A stretch of DNA of 64,000 nt from Alphaproteobacteria bacterium (GCA_037200745.1 JBBCHK010000008.1:12999-76998), one strand, 5' to 3'; numbered from the stretch's first letter, positions 46,995-59,011 are shown. Notes: generated by a model not told the origin, from the letters alone. Translations and numbers: made by a program.

Positions 46995-48108
46995 ACGGAC
47001 GACCGCCTCGTGCTCGTCATCCTGCGCGGCGCGCTCGACGGGCTGGCCGCCGTGCCCGCCGTATGGCGACCGCAACTACGTCGCACAGCGGCGCACCCTC
47101 GCCCTCAAGCCGCCGACGGAAGCGAACGGCGCGATCGACCTCAACGGTTTCTTCGGCCTGCATCCGGCGATGGCGCCGCTGCACCCGCTGTACCAGAACG
47201 GCCAGCTCGCCGTGATCCACGCGGTCGCCTCGCCGTACCGCGACCGCTCGCATTTCGACGGGCAGAACCTGCTGGAGAACGGCACCCCCCACCCCGGCGG
47301 CAACGACGGCTGGCTCAACCGCGCCCTCACCGCCCTCAAGGCGGATCCCGGCGCCTCGCTCGCCTTCAACCAGCAGGTGCCGCTGGTGCTGCAGGGCTCC
47401 TACGCCGCCTCAAGCTGGGCGCCCAAGGGCGGCGGCCTCGACACCAACAGTGACTACATGAAGCGCGTCGCCGCGCTGTATAAAGACGACAGCGAGCTAT
47501 CGCCCGCCTTCAGCGAGGCCATCGAGACACAGCAGATGGCGGCGCAGTCGCTGTCGGGCGACGACCTCACCGCCGGCAAGAAACGCCAAGGGCGCCGACC
47601 AGCTCTACGGCGCGGCGCGCATGGCCTCGTCCTTCCTCGCGCGCTCCAACGGCCGCGCGTCGCCGTGCTCGAGGCCAGCGGCTGGGACACGCATTTCCGC
47701 CAGGGCACCACCGACGGCCAGCTTGCGCTGCGCCTCGGCGACCTCGCCAAGGGCCTCGCCGCCTTCCCCGCCGGGCTCGGCGCGGCGTGGAGCAGGACGA
47801 CCGTCATCGTCGTCACCGAGTTCGGGCGCACGGTCGCCGAGAACGGCACCGGCGGCACCGACCACGGCACCGGCAGCATGATGCTGGTGCTCGGCGGCAA
47901 TGTGCGGGGCGGGCAGGTGCTCGGCAAATGGCAGGGCCTCGCCTCGGGCGATCTCTACCAGAACCGCGACCTGATGCCGACGACCGACATGCGCAGCGTC
48001 TTCAAGACGGCGCTCTATACCAACTTCCGCGCCCCGCAGGCGGTGCTCGAAAGCTCGATCTTCCCAGGCAGCTCCGGTGCGCCGCTGGTGAGCAACCTGT
48101 TCGTTTAG
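46995..48108 (+). pseudogene. DUF1501-family (sulfatase-like) protein. The N-terminal signal region is missing and there are at least 2 frameshifts
   Basis: Recognisable sequence begins at DDRLVLVILRGALDGLAAVP, then YGDRNYV.., QNGQLAVIHAVASPYRDRSHFDGQ, VTEFGRTVAENGTGGTDHGTGS. No Tat-type leader precedes it. Confidence 0.7.
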
Positions 48109-48935
48109 GCCGCGTTGTCCCAGCGCGGCGCCCAGGCGGGGTTGATGAGGCGGTTGTCGCCGCCCAGTGCGTCGATCGCCGCGCGGTCGGCATCGCTGAG
48201 CTTGAAATCGAAGATGTCGAAATTGGCGCGCGCGTGCTTCTCGCTCGACGTCTTGGGGATCGCGGCGACGTCCGGCTGCTCGATGAGCCAGCGCAGCGCG
48301 ACCTGCTGCGGCGTCTTGCCGTATTGTTTGCCGATGCGCTCCAGCACGCCGCCGTCGGCGAGCCCGCCACGCCCGAGCGGGCTGTAGGCGGTGACGACGA
48401 TGCCGTGCGCATGCGCGTACTCGATCACCGGCTTCTGCGACAGCATCGCGTGGTACTCGACCTGGTTGCAGGCGATGGGGGCCTTCAGCGCCTCCGCCGC
48501 CTCGCGCATCAGCGCGACGGGGAAGTTGCTGACGCCGATGGCGCGCGCCTTGCCGGCCTTCTGCAGCTCCTGCAGCGCGCCGAGCGTTTCCTTGAGCGGC
48601 ACGTCGGGGTTCGGCCAGTGCATCAGCAGCAGGTCGACATAGTCCGTGCCGAGCTTGGCGAGCGACTCGTCCGCCGAGCGCAGCACGTCGCCGTGGTGGA
48701 AGTTGCTGGTCCAGACCTTGGTGGTGACGAACAGCTCCGCGCGGTCGATGCCGGAATCCGCGATCCCCTGCCCGACCCTCGCGCTCGTTCTCGTAGGCCT
48801 GCGCGGTGTCGATGTGGCGGTAGCCGATGGCGACGGCCTCCGCCACCGTGCGCGCCGCGTCCTTGCCCGTAAGCTGCCACGTGCCGAGCCCAGCGCCGGC
48901 ATCCGCGCGCCATTCACCAGTAGACGATATTCCAT
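48105..48935 (-). CDS. aldo/keto reductase (DkgA-like), frameshifted in the N-terminal third
   Basis: MEYRLLVNGARMPALG, then GLGTWQLTGKDAARTVAEAVAIGYRHIDTAQAYENE in another frame, then LFVTTKVW.., DYVDLLLMHWP, AIPKTSSEKH. Confidence 0.85.
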   Translation of the reverse strand: MEYRLLVNGARMPALGSARGSLRARTRRARWRRPSPSATATSTPRRPTRTSARVGQGIADSGIDRAELFVTTKVWTSNFHHGDVLRSADESLAKLGTDYVDLLLMHWPNPDVPLKETLGALQELQKAGKARAIGVSNFPVALMREAAEALKAPIACNQVEYHAMLSQKPVIEYAHAHGIVVTAYSPLGRGGLADGGVLERIGKQYGKTPQQVALRWLIEQPDVAAIPKTSSEKHARANFDIFDFKLSDADRAAIDALGGDNRLINPAWAPRWDNAA

Positions 48936-49097
48936 GAGCACCTCCCTTGAAGCGCCATGCTAGACCCCGGCGATAAAAAAGCAATACGGCCCGCCGGCCG
49001 CAATAATTTAACCGATCCCTTATAAATCCACCGTCAAACCGCATTCCAACCGGAGGCGCATCCGCGCAGAATGCGCCAACACCAAAAGGAGCCCGTC

Positions 49098-49253
49098 ATG
49101 CTATCCACCGTTCTTCTCGTCGTCCTCGTCCTCATCATCCTCGGCGCGCTGCCGACCTGGCCGCACAGCCGCGAATGGGGCTATTATCCCTCCGGCGGGC
49201 TTTCGCTGGTGCTGATCGTCGTCCTGATCCTGATGTTCAGCGGGCGCCTGTAG
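49098..49253 (+). CDS. DUF3309-family small membrane protein (51 aa)
   Basis: MLSTVLLVVLVLIILGALPTWPHSREWGYYPSGGLSLVLIVVLILMFSGRL. AAGGAG RBS. Confidence 0.75.
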   Translation: MLSTVLLVVLVLIILGALPTWPHSREWGYYPSGGLSLVLIVVLILMFSGRL

Positions 49254-49269
49254 GCACGCGGGAGAGCGA

Positions 49270-50466
49270 ATGACGAAAAAGCCCGGCAGCGTCGCGCCGA
49301 AGGACCGTGCGCCCGCGTTGCGTGCGCTGCGTAACCTGAAAATGGCGCGCTCGGCGCATGCGTTCGTGCGCGGCAGCACGCAGAAATTCTACGAGTGGCT
49401 GGAGACCGACGAAGGGCTGAAGGTCCCCCAGGGCCCCGCCGTTTGGATCTGCGGCGACTGCCACATCGGCAATCTCGGCCCCATCGCCTCGCCAAGGGCG
49501 GCATCAGCATCGAGATCCGCGACCTCGACCAGACCGTCATCGGCAACCCGGCGCACGATCTGATCCGCCTCGCCCTTTCCCTCGCCTCGGCGGCGCGCGG
49601 CTCGGACCTGCCCGGCGTCATCACCGCGCGCATGGTCGAGCAGGTCATCCAGGGCTACGAGCTCGCCTTCGACGAGGACCGCAAGAAACGCGAGGAGCTC
49701 GAGAGCCCAAGGCCGTCTCCCGGCCCTCAAGACCGCGCTCAAGCGCAAATGGAAGCAGCTCGCCGAGGAGCGCATCGAGGACGAGAAGCCGACCATCCCG
49801 CTCGGCAAGAAATTCTGGCCGCTGTCGGACGGGGAGCGCAGCGAGATCGAGCGCCTCTTCAACGACGAGAAGACCCGCCACCTCATCACCGCCCTGCGCG
49901 GCCGCGACGACGAGCGCCCGTCGAGCTGCTCGACGCCGCCTACTGGGTCAAGGGCTGCAGCTCGCTGGGGAACCTGCGCTATGCCGTGCTCGTCGCCGTC
50001 GGCGACAAGCGCGACGAGCTCTGCCTCATCGACATCAAGGAAGCGATGACCGCCATCGCCCCGCACGCGCCCAAGGCCGCGATGCCGAAGGACAACGCCG
50101 GGCGCGTCCACGAAGGCGCCAAATACCTCTCGCCCGCGCTGGGCAATCGCCTGCTGCCGGCGCACCTGGGCGACAAGCCCGTCTTCCTGCGCGAGCTGCT
50201 GCCGCAGGACCTGAAGCTCGAGATCGAAACGCTGACGGTCGACGATGCCGAAGGCGTCGCCCGTTTCCTCGCCTACGTCGTCGGCCGCGCCCACGCCCGC
50301 CAGATGGACGACGATGCGCGTCAGGAGTGGCGCAAACAACTCGCCGCCAACCGCTCCAAACAACTCGCCGCCCCGAGCTGGCTATGGTCGAGCGTGGTAT
50401 CCCTGATGATAACGCACGAGGGGGGCGTATCTGGAGCATTGCAGGAAATATGCGATGGGGGAGTGA
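49270..50466 (+). CDS. DUF2252-family protein, at least 3 frameshifts
   Basis: MARSAHAFVRGST..WICGDCHIGNLGP, DLDQTVIGNPAHDLIRLALSLA. An extra G in the G6 run at about 50420 shifts the last codons. The corrected tail is EGAYLEHCRKYAMGE with TGA at 50464-50466. Confidence 0.8.
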
Positions 50467-50493
50467 GGCTAGCCTACCGCGCGCAAAAGAAAA

Positions 50494-50513
50494 GGCCAGC
50501 GATTAGGCTGGCC
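50494..50513. terminator. bidirectional hairpin between convergent genes
   Basis: AAAA GGCCAGC GATTAG GCTGGCC CTT. Confidence 0.45.
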
Positions 50514-50536
50514 CTTCCCCTCCGACTTAAGAAGTT

Positions 50537-51009
50537 CTAGCCGCCGTGCTTGGTGCCCGGGTAGGCTGAGTCATCCGGATAGTCCTGGTCTTCGTCCGGA
50601 TGCGCCTGCGGCTTCGGTGTTTTGGGCCGCTCGACGTGCAATCCGCAGTTCTTCTGAATCCCGGCCTGCTCCAGCGCGTCGAACTCGCCCTTGAGCCTGC
50701 CGTACTCGGCGGCCTGGGTCGTGTTCTTGTCGAGGAAGAACAGCGCCGGCCAGAACAGCACCAGCCCGACGCCCATCACGGCTTCGTCGTCACCGGCCAC
50801 TTTGTCGTTCTGCGCGGCCAGCTCGCTGACGCGGGCCGAGACGGTGGCCATCTCCGCGCCGATCTGCTTACAGCTTAGAGTCTGGTACTGAACCGGTGAG
50901 GTATACTGCGCGGGATTTCGGACGAGTGCTGAGCACACCCTGCAACACAGGCGCTAACGAGTGACAGCGAGGCGATTGTCGCCGCTGGCCGCATAAGAGC
51001 TAGTCTCAT
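50537..51009 (-). CDS. putative lipoprotein, 1 frameshift after the signal peptide
   Basis: Own translation from ATG 51009: MRLALMRPAATIASLSLVSACVAGCAQHSSEI (lipobox). It continues in the frame of ORF 50537..50938 (QYTSPVQYQTLSCKQIGAEM..). GGAGA RBS. Confidence 0.6.
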
Positions 51010-51012
51010 GGT

Positions 51013-51180
51013 GATCTCCCCTAGGTTGGTGGCAGGGGAGTTTAGAAAACCCGTATTTCAAGGTTCGCAGTAGCCTTTAAGCCTTGCGGCTCTGGACATA
51101 CGCTAATGCCTCCCCAGCCGTGCTAGGGAGTGCAGTGACGGCTGCACAAAGACCGGAAATACGGGAGGTTCTAACGCCCC
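51013..51180 (-). promoter_or_regulatory. structured 5' leader RNA, copy 2
   Basis: Homologous to 18070-18237. P1 is 51156-51165/51050-51059. Hairpins at 51130-51147 and 51112-51128, then 51102-51109/51067-51074 capped by a GCAA hairpin at 51080-51091. SD-sequestering hairpin at 51016-51040. Confidence 0.6.
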
Positions 51181-51361
51181 AAAGCAGCCTTACGCCGCTT
51201 CGATTGGTAGGCTAGATGGAAAAAGAATAAGGCTCAACTGAAATGTGAGACGGGGCGAGATTGATGCGGCCTGCTGGCCGCCGCCCCTTCGGGGCTGCCT
51301 GCGGCAGTCCAAAACGTCTCCTGACGTTTTGTCGAAGGAGTTCTAATCCCGAACCACCCAA

Positions 51362-51409
51362 TCCGCCATGAAAAAGGGGAGCCAAGTGGCTCCCCTTTTT
51401 CATGGCGGA
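51362..51409. terminator. 48-nt perfect palindrome/bidirectional terminator that includes the tRNA-Ser 3' end
   Basis: TCCGCCATGAAAAAGGGGAGCC AAGT GGCTCCCCTTTTTCATGGCGGA. The core GGGGAGCC/GGCTCCCC is flanked by A and T runs. Confidence 0.6.
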
Positions 51410-51492
51410 CAGGGCGAGATTCGAACTCGCGACACAGTTTCCCGTGTACACACTTTCCAGGCGTGCGCCTTAGACCACTCGGCCACCTGTCC
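51403..51492 (-). tRNA. tRNA-Ser, anticodon GGA
   Basis: Manual fold: acceptor GGACAGG/CCTGTCC, D arm GCC..GGC, anticodon stem CACGC/GTGTG with loop CTGGAAA, long variable arm, T arm GCGAG TTCGAAT CTCGC, discriminator G, encoded CCA. Confidence 0.93.
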
Positions 51493-51649
51493 GCGCTTGA
51501 AGCGCGCCTTATAGCGATGTCGCCCGGGAAATTCCATGGAGATTTTAAGGCCGCGCGCGCGGCCCGGCGTGCGCGTTGATTCGGGCCTGTCGGCCCTCAC
51601 CCCTTCGGGGCTGCCTGCGGCAGTCCAAAACGCCTGCCGGCGTTTTGCG

Positions 51650-51670
51650 AGACCACTCGGCCACCTGTCC
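51650..51670 (-). pseudogene. duplicated 5' fragment (21 nt) of tRNA-Ser
   Basis: AGACCACTCGGCCACCTGTCC is identical to 51472-51492, and is followed by about 52 nt resembling the region upstream of the tRNA. Confidence 0.8.
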
Positions 51671-51791
51671 GCGCCAGGAGCGCGCCTTACAGCGATACCC
51701 ATCCGGAAATTCCATGGGGATTCTGCGGCGGCTTCCCATCCGGGGCCGGGGCTGCTATCGCTGGGGTGGCAAGAACCCTGAAGGAAGTCCC

Positions 51792-53164
<1,373 letters not shown>

Positions 53165-53249
53165 GTCATTGCGAGGAGCGCCTCGCGCGACGAAGCAATC
53201 CAGAGTGCGGCCTAGAAAGCTGGATTGCTCCGCTGCCGCTCGCAATGAC
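53165..53249. repeat. family A repeat between the aminopeptidase gene and marR
   Basis: GTCATTGCGAGGAGCGCCTCGCGCGACGAAGCAATCCAG ... CTGGATTGCTCCGCTGCCGCTCGCAATGAC. Confidence 0.85.
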
Positions 53250-53255
53250 GGCTTG

Positions 53256-53669
53256 ATGAGCGTTGAAACCTCGGTTATTACTCGTTCCATGAACGGAATG
53301 AGTAATCCACAGGATGCGCTGCATCTCTGGCACCGGGTGACGGGGCGGGCGCTGCGCGAATTGACGCACGACCTTTCGCAGCGGCAGATGGCGGTGCTGC
53401 TCAATGTCTACATGACGCCGCCGCCGCACACGGTGCGGAGCCTCTCCGAGCAGCTCGCCATTTCGAAACCCGCGGTCTGCCGCGCGCTCGATGCGTTATC
53501 CACATGGGACCTCGTCCGCCGCAAGAAAGACGAAGAGGACCGGCGCAACGTTTTTTTGCAGAGAACCGTTAGCGGTTCGGTATTTTTGCGCGACTTCGCC
53601 GATATCATCCTTGCCGAATCTGTGCATAACCAGAACGACGCGATGGTTTCCGTCGCGAATTCCCGCTAG
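53256..53669 (+). CDS. MarR-family transcriptional regulator
   Basis: Winged-HTH segment VRSLSEQLAISKPAVCRALDALSTWDLVRRKKDEEDRRNVFLQRT. The start is uncertain (53256 or 53289). Confidence 0.8.
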   Translation: MSVETSVITRSMNGMSNPQDALHLWHRVTGRALRELTHDLSQRQMAVLLNVYMTPPPHTVRSLSEQLAISKPAVCRALDALSTWDLVRRKKDEEDRRNVFLQRTVSGSVFLRDFADIILAESVHNQNDAMVSVANSR

Positions 53670-53885
53670 GCAATTATTTCCTAGATTATATCAAAAATAA
53701 TTCTTGCCTAATCGCGCTCTTATTATTATGTTCACAACGTAGGCAAATTCTGCCCAATAAAAATAAATCAGAGCCGTTTCGGTAAGCCACACCTGGGTGA
53801 GTTCATGTCCGATACGCGCTTAATCCGCCTGTCTTGCATCATCTCGCTCCGGTTTTCGTCACCTTCTCTCCCCGGAGCGTAGTTC

Positions 53886-55530
53886 ATGAATGCGATGGTC
53901 CAGTCCCTGAAGGAATTCAACAGGCGAAGCTCGCCGCGATGGTCGGCGCTGCGGTGCTGCTGATCGGCTTCTTCGCTTATATCTCGCTGCGCATGACCGC
54001 GCCGGACATGGCCCCGCTCTTCACCAATATCCCGCTCGCCGACGGCGCCAAGATCGTCCAGGAGCTCGAGGCCAAGAACATCCCCTACGAGATCCGCGCC
54101 AACGGCAGCGAGATCCTCGTCCCACCGAGCAGGTCGACAAGATGCGCATGTCCCTCGCGCAGGAAGGGCTGCCGAATTCCGGCTCCGTCGTCGGCTATGA
54201 GATATTCGACAAGGGCGACACGCTCGGCACCTCGAATTTCGTGCTCAACCTGAATCAGCTGCGTGCCCTCGAAGGCGAGCTGGCGCGCACCCTCACCGGC
54301 TTCGACACGATCGAGGCGGCGCGCGTGCACCTCGTCATGCCCAAGCACGAGCTTTTCTCGCGCGATACGGTGCAGCCGACCGCCTCCGTCGCGCTGAAGC
54401 TGCGCGGCGCCGGCACGCTCAATAAGAACGAGATCGCCGCCGTGCAGCACCTCGTCGCCACCGCCGTGCCCGGGCTCAAGCCGCAGCGCGTCACCATCGT
54501 CGACAGCAAGGGCGAGCTGCTCGCCAAGGGCGTCGACGAGGAGGACGATCCGAATCTCCTCACCGAGGAGTCGGAGGATTACCGCATCGCCTACGAGAAG
54601 CGCCTGAAGACGACCATCGAGAACCTGCTCGAGCAGTCGGTCGGCGCCGGCAAGGTGAAGGCCGAGGTGCACGCCGACATCGATTTCGACCGCGTGGTCA
54701 GGAACGACGAGAAATACGACCCCGAGGGCCAGGTCGCGCGCTCGGTGCAGGACGTCAGCGATTCGCAGAAGAGCAACGAGAAATCCGGCAGCGACAACAC
54801 GGTCAGCGTGCAGAACAACCTGCCGGCCGGCCAGGCGGGAGCCGCCGGCGGCGGCGCGGCCAACAGCAACGACCACAGCCGCTCGGAGGAGACCACCAAC
54901 TACGAGATCAGCAAGACCGTCACCAACTCGGTCAAGGAGACCGGCGACGTGAAGAAGCTCTCGGTCGCGGTGCTGGTCGACGGCATCAGCACCACCGACA
55001 AGGACGGCAAGCAGCAATACGCGCCCCGCTCGGACGAGGAGCTCAAGAAGCTGCAGGGCCTCGTGCAGTCGGCCATCGGCTTCGACGCGGCGCGCGGCGA
55101 CACGGTGAACGTCACCACCATGCAGTTCGCCGAATCGCCGAAGGACATGTTCAACGAATCCGCCTTCGACTGGATCAAGGCCGACTTCAACTCCATCATC
55201 CAGACGCTGGTGCTGGGCGGCGTGTCGATCCTCGCCATCCTCTTCGTCATCCGCCCGCTGGTGACCCGCGCCATCGAGTCGTTCGAGACCGCCGGCAAGG
55301 CCGACGAGCTCGAGCAGGCGGCGCTCGCCGCCCCGGCCATCGCCGCGCGCCTCACCGACCAGTCGCAGCGCCCCGCGCTGGCCGACGAGGAGGAGGCCGA
55401 GGACATGATCAACATCGACCGCATCCAGGGCAAGGTGCGCTCGTCGAGCTACAACAAGATCAACTCCATGGTCGACAAGCATCCGGACGAGACCGTCCAG
55501 ATCCTGCGCCAGTGGCTGAACAGCATGTAG
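53886..55530 (+). CDS. fliF: flagellar MS-ring protein FliF, 2 frameshifts (about 53925 and 54125)
   Basis: MNAMVQSLKEFN.., KLAAMVGAAVLLIGFFAYISL, MRMSLAQEGLPNSGSVVGYEIFDK, LNQLRALEGELARTL. Confidence 0.9.
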
Positions 55531-55539
55531 GAGCGAGCG

Positions 55540-56577
55540 ATGGCACAACTTCCCGCGACCACCGACAAGAAAGAGGACTACCGCAAGCTCACCGGCGCGC
55601 AGAAGGCGGCGATCATCATGATGGCCGTCGACGAGGAGAACGCGACGAAAATGTTCAACTCGATGAGCGACGACGAGATCAAGGAGATATCGAACACCAT
55701 GGCCTCGCTCGGCACCGTTTCCTCGGAGACGGTCGAGCGGCTGTTCCTCGATTTCGTCGAGGGCATGAGCTCCTCCGGCGTCGTCGTCGGCACGTTCGAC
55801 TCGACCGAGCGGCTGCTGACCAAGGCGCTGGGCAAGGACCGCGTCGACAACATCATGGAGGACATCCGCGGCCCCGCCGGGCGCACGACATGGGACAAGC
55901 TCGGCAACGTCAACGAAGAAATTCTGGCGACCTTCCTCAAGAACGAATACCCGCAGACGATCGCGCTGGTGCTCTCCAAGATCAAGCCCGACCACGCGGC
56001 GCGCGTGCTCGCCGTCTTCCCCGAGGAGCTGGCGATGGATGTCATCCTGCGCATGCTCGGCATGGAGTCGGTGAAGAAGGAAGTGCTCGACGGCATCGAA
56101 AAAACGCTGCGCGTCGAGTTCATGAGCAACCTCGCCAAGACGCAGCGGCGCGACACCCACGAGATCATGGCCGAGATCTTCAACAATTTCGACCGCAACA
56201 CCGAGTCGAAATTCATGACCCAGCTCGAACAGAAGAGCACCGACGCCGCCGAGCGCATCCGCGCCCTCATGTTCACCTTCGAGGATTTGAAGAAGGTCAA
56301 CCCGCAGGGCGTGCAGGCGCTGCTGCGCGTGGTCAACAAGGACAAGCTCGCCGTCGCCATGAAGGGTGCGTCCGACGCGATCAAGGAGCTGTTCCTCAAG
56401 AACATGTCCGAGCGCGCCGCCAAGCTGCTCAAGGACGACATGGAGGCGATGGGCCCCGTGCGCCTCAAGGACGTCGACGAGGCGCAGATGGCCATCGTCA
56501 CCGCCGCCAAGGAGCTCGCGGCGAAAGGCGAGATCATCATCGCCGGCGATTCGGCGGAAGACCAGCTGGTGTACTAG
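55540..56577 (+). CDS. fliG: flagellar motor switch protein FliG
   Basis: Intact 345 aa. KLTGAQKAAIIMMAV, EYPQTIALVLS, MFTFEDL. Confidence 0.95.
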   Translation: MAQLPATTDKKEDYRKLTGAQKAAIIMMAVDEENATKMFNSMSDDEIKEISNTMASLGTVSSETVERLFLDFVEGMSSSGVVVGTFDSTERLLTKALGKDRVDNIMEDIRGPAGRTTWDKLGNVNEEILATFLKNEYPQTIALVLSKIKPDHAARVLAVFPEELAMDVILRMLGMESVKKEVLDGIEKTLRVEFMSNLAKTQRRDTHEIMAEIFNNFDRNTESKFMTQLEQKSTDAAERIRALMFTFEDLKKVNPQGVQALLRVVNKDKLAVAMKGASDAIKELFLKNMSERAAKLLKDDMEAMGPVRLKDVDEAQMAIVTAAKELAAKGEIIIAGDSAEDQLVY

Positions 56578-56586
56578 GGGAACGGC

Positions 56587-57300
56587 ATGCTTCAACGCTT
56601 CGACCAGCAATTCCTGCGCGACTTCCGCACTCCCGTGGCGGTCAAGGCGGCCGCGCCCGTGGCGGTCGAGGAAGCGATCGCGCCGCCCCCGCCTCCGCCG
56701 CCCGTCTTCAGCGAGGCCGAGCTTGCCGCCGCGCGCGACGCGGCGAAGCAGCTCGGCTATGCCGAGGGCGTCGAGGCCGGGCTCGCCCAGGCGGCGACGG
56801 AAGAAGCCGCCCGCCGCAAGGACCTCACCGAAGCCGGCCAGCGCATCGCCGGGCAGCTGGCGCAGCTCGCCGGCACTTATAGTCAACTCATCGCCCAGCA
56901 ATCGGTGGAGCTTTCGGCGCTGGTCGTCGCCATCGCGCGCAAGGTCGCCGGCGAGGCGCTCGATGCGCGCGGCGTCGATACCATCGCGGCGCTGGTGAAA
57001 AGCTGCCTTCCCGTGGTCTACGGCCGCCCGCGCGTCACCATCGAGCTCCATCCCGACCTGCTGGACGACGCGCGTGACGCCATCCGCCCGCTGATCGAGG
57101 CCAGCGGCCTCGAGAGCGAGATCGCCTTCAAGGGCAGCGAAACGCTCGCCCGCCACGACGTGCGCGTCGACTGGGGCAACGGCCAGGCGCACCGCTCCGG
57201 CGACGCCATCTGGCGCGAGATCGAAGCGCTGCTTGGACAAGTGCCGCTCGTGCCTGATATGACACAACCATCACATCCAACGGAGCAACCACATGGCTGA
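56587..57300 (+). CDS. fliH: flagellar assembly protein FliH-like
   Basis: Position between fliG and fliN. Ala/Glu-rich coiled region and C-terminal domain (VRVDWGNG). Confidence 0.75.
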   Translation: MLQRFDQQFLRDFRTPVAVKAAAPVAVEEAIAPPPPPPPVFSEAELAAARDAAKQLGYAEGVEAGLAQAATEEAARRKDLTEAGQRIAGQLAQLAGTYSQLIAQQSVELSALVVAIARKVAGEALDARGVDTIAALVKSCLPVVYGRPRVTIELHPDLLDDARDAIRPLIEASGLESEIAFKGSETLARHDVRVDWGNGQAHRSGDAIWREIEALLGQVPLVPDMTQPSHPTEQPHG

Positions 57301-57580
57301 GGAAGCAACCAACGTACTGGGAGACGCCGCCGGCGGCAACATCACGCTCGACGCGGTGAGCGACATCCCGGTGCAGATCTCCGTCGTGCTGGGCAAGACC
57401 AGCATGCAGGTCCAGCAATTGCTGAAGCTCGGGCGCGGCGCGGTCGTCGAGCTCGACCGCAAGGTCGGCGAGCCGGTCGACATCTTCGTCAACAACCGCC
57501 TCGTCGCGCGCGGCGAGGTCGTCGTCGTCGAGGACAAGATCGGGGTGACGATGACGGAGATCATCAAGGCTGAAAAATAA
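57293..57580 (+). CDS. fliN: flagellar motor switch protein FliN
   Basis: SpoA domain: IPVQISVVLGKTSMQVQQLLKLGRGAVVELDRKVGEPVDIFVNNRLVARGEVVVVEDKIGVTMTEI. Confidence 0.9.
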   Translation: MAEEATNVLGDAAGGNITLDAVSDIPVQISVVLGKTSMQVQQLLKLGRGAVVELDRKVGEPVDIFVNNRLVARGEVVVVEDKIGVTMTEIIKAEK

Positions 57581-57619
57581 CGGACGGGGAAACCCCGCCG
57601 CATTCATGAGAGGTGTGCT

Positions 57620-58993
<1,374 letters not shown>

Positions 58994-59011
58994 CAAGGGA
59001 CTGGAAGACGC

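Noticed and set aside
51190-51400. Possible two-piece tmRNA (ssrA) or a second tRNA next to tRNA-Ser, suggested by a ...CCGCCA end and several hairpins.
   Set aside because: There is no proper T arm (GGAG TTCTAAT CCCG does not pair). There is no alanine-type acceptor with a G-U pair. No tag-like reading frame ending in ..AA is present on either strand. It is better explained as a decayed fragment that is part of the palindrome.
53670-53885. AT-rich fliF upstream region examined for a CtrA box (TTAA-N7-TTAA) or a sigma-54 promoter.
   Set aside because: Only a single TTAA half-site is present near 53818, and there is no GG-N10-GC element. Inverted repeats (GGCAATTATTT/AAATAATT..TGCC and TTGCCTA/TAGGCAA) exist, but I cannot assign them to a regulator from sequence alone.
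54085-57267. 1060-aa ORF on the minus strand, and the similar 984-aa ORF at 58223..61177.
   Set aside because: Both are antisense to well-supported fliF/fliG/fliH and flbD/flhA. Their translations are Arg/Ala/Gly/Asp/Leu-rich low-complexity sequence with no motifs. These are typical stop-poor shadow frames of high-GC DNA.
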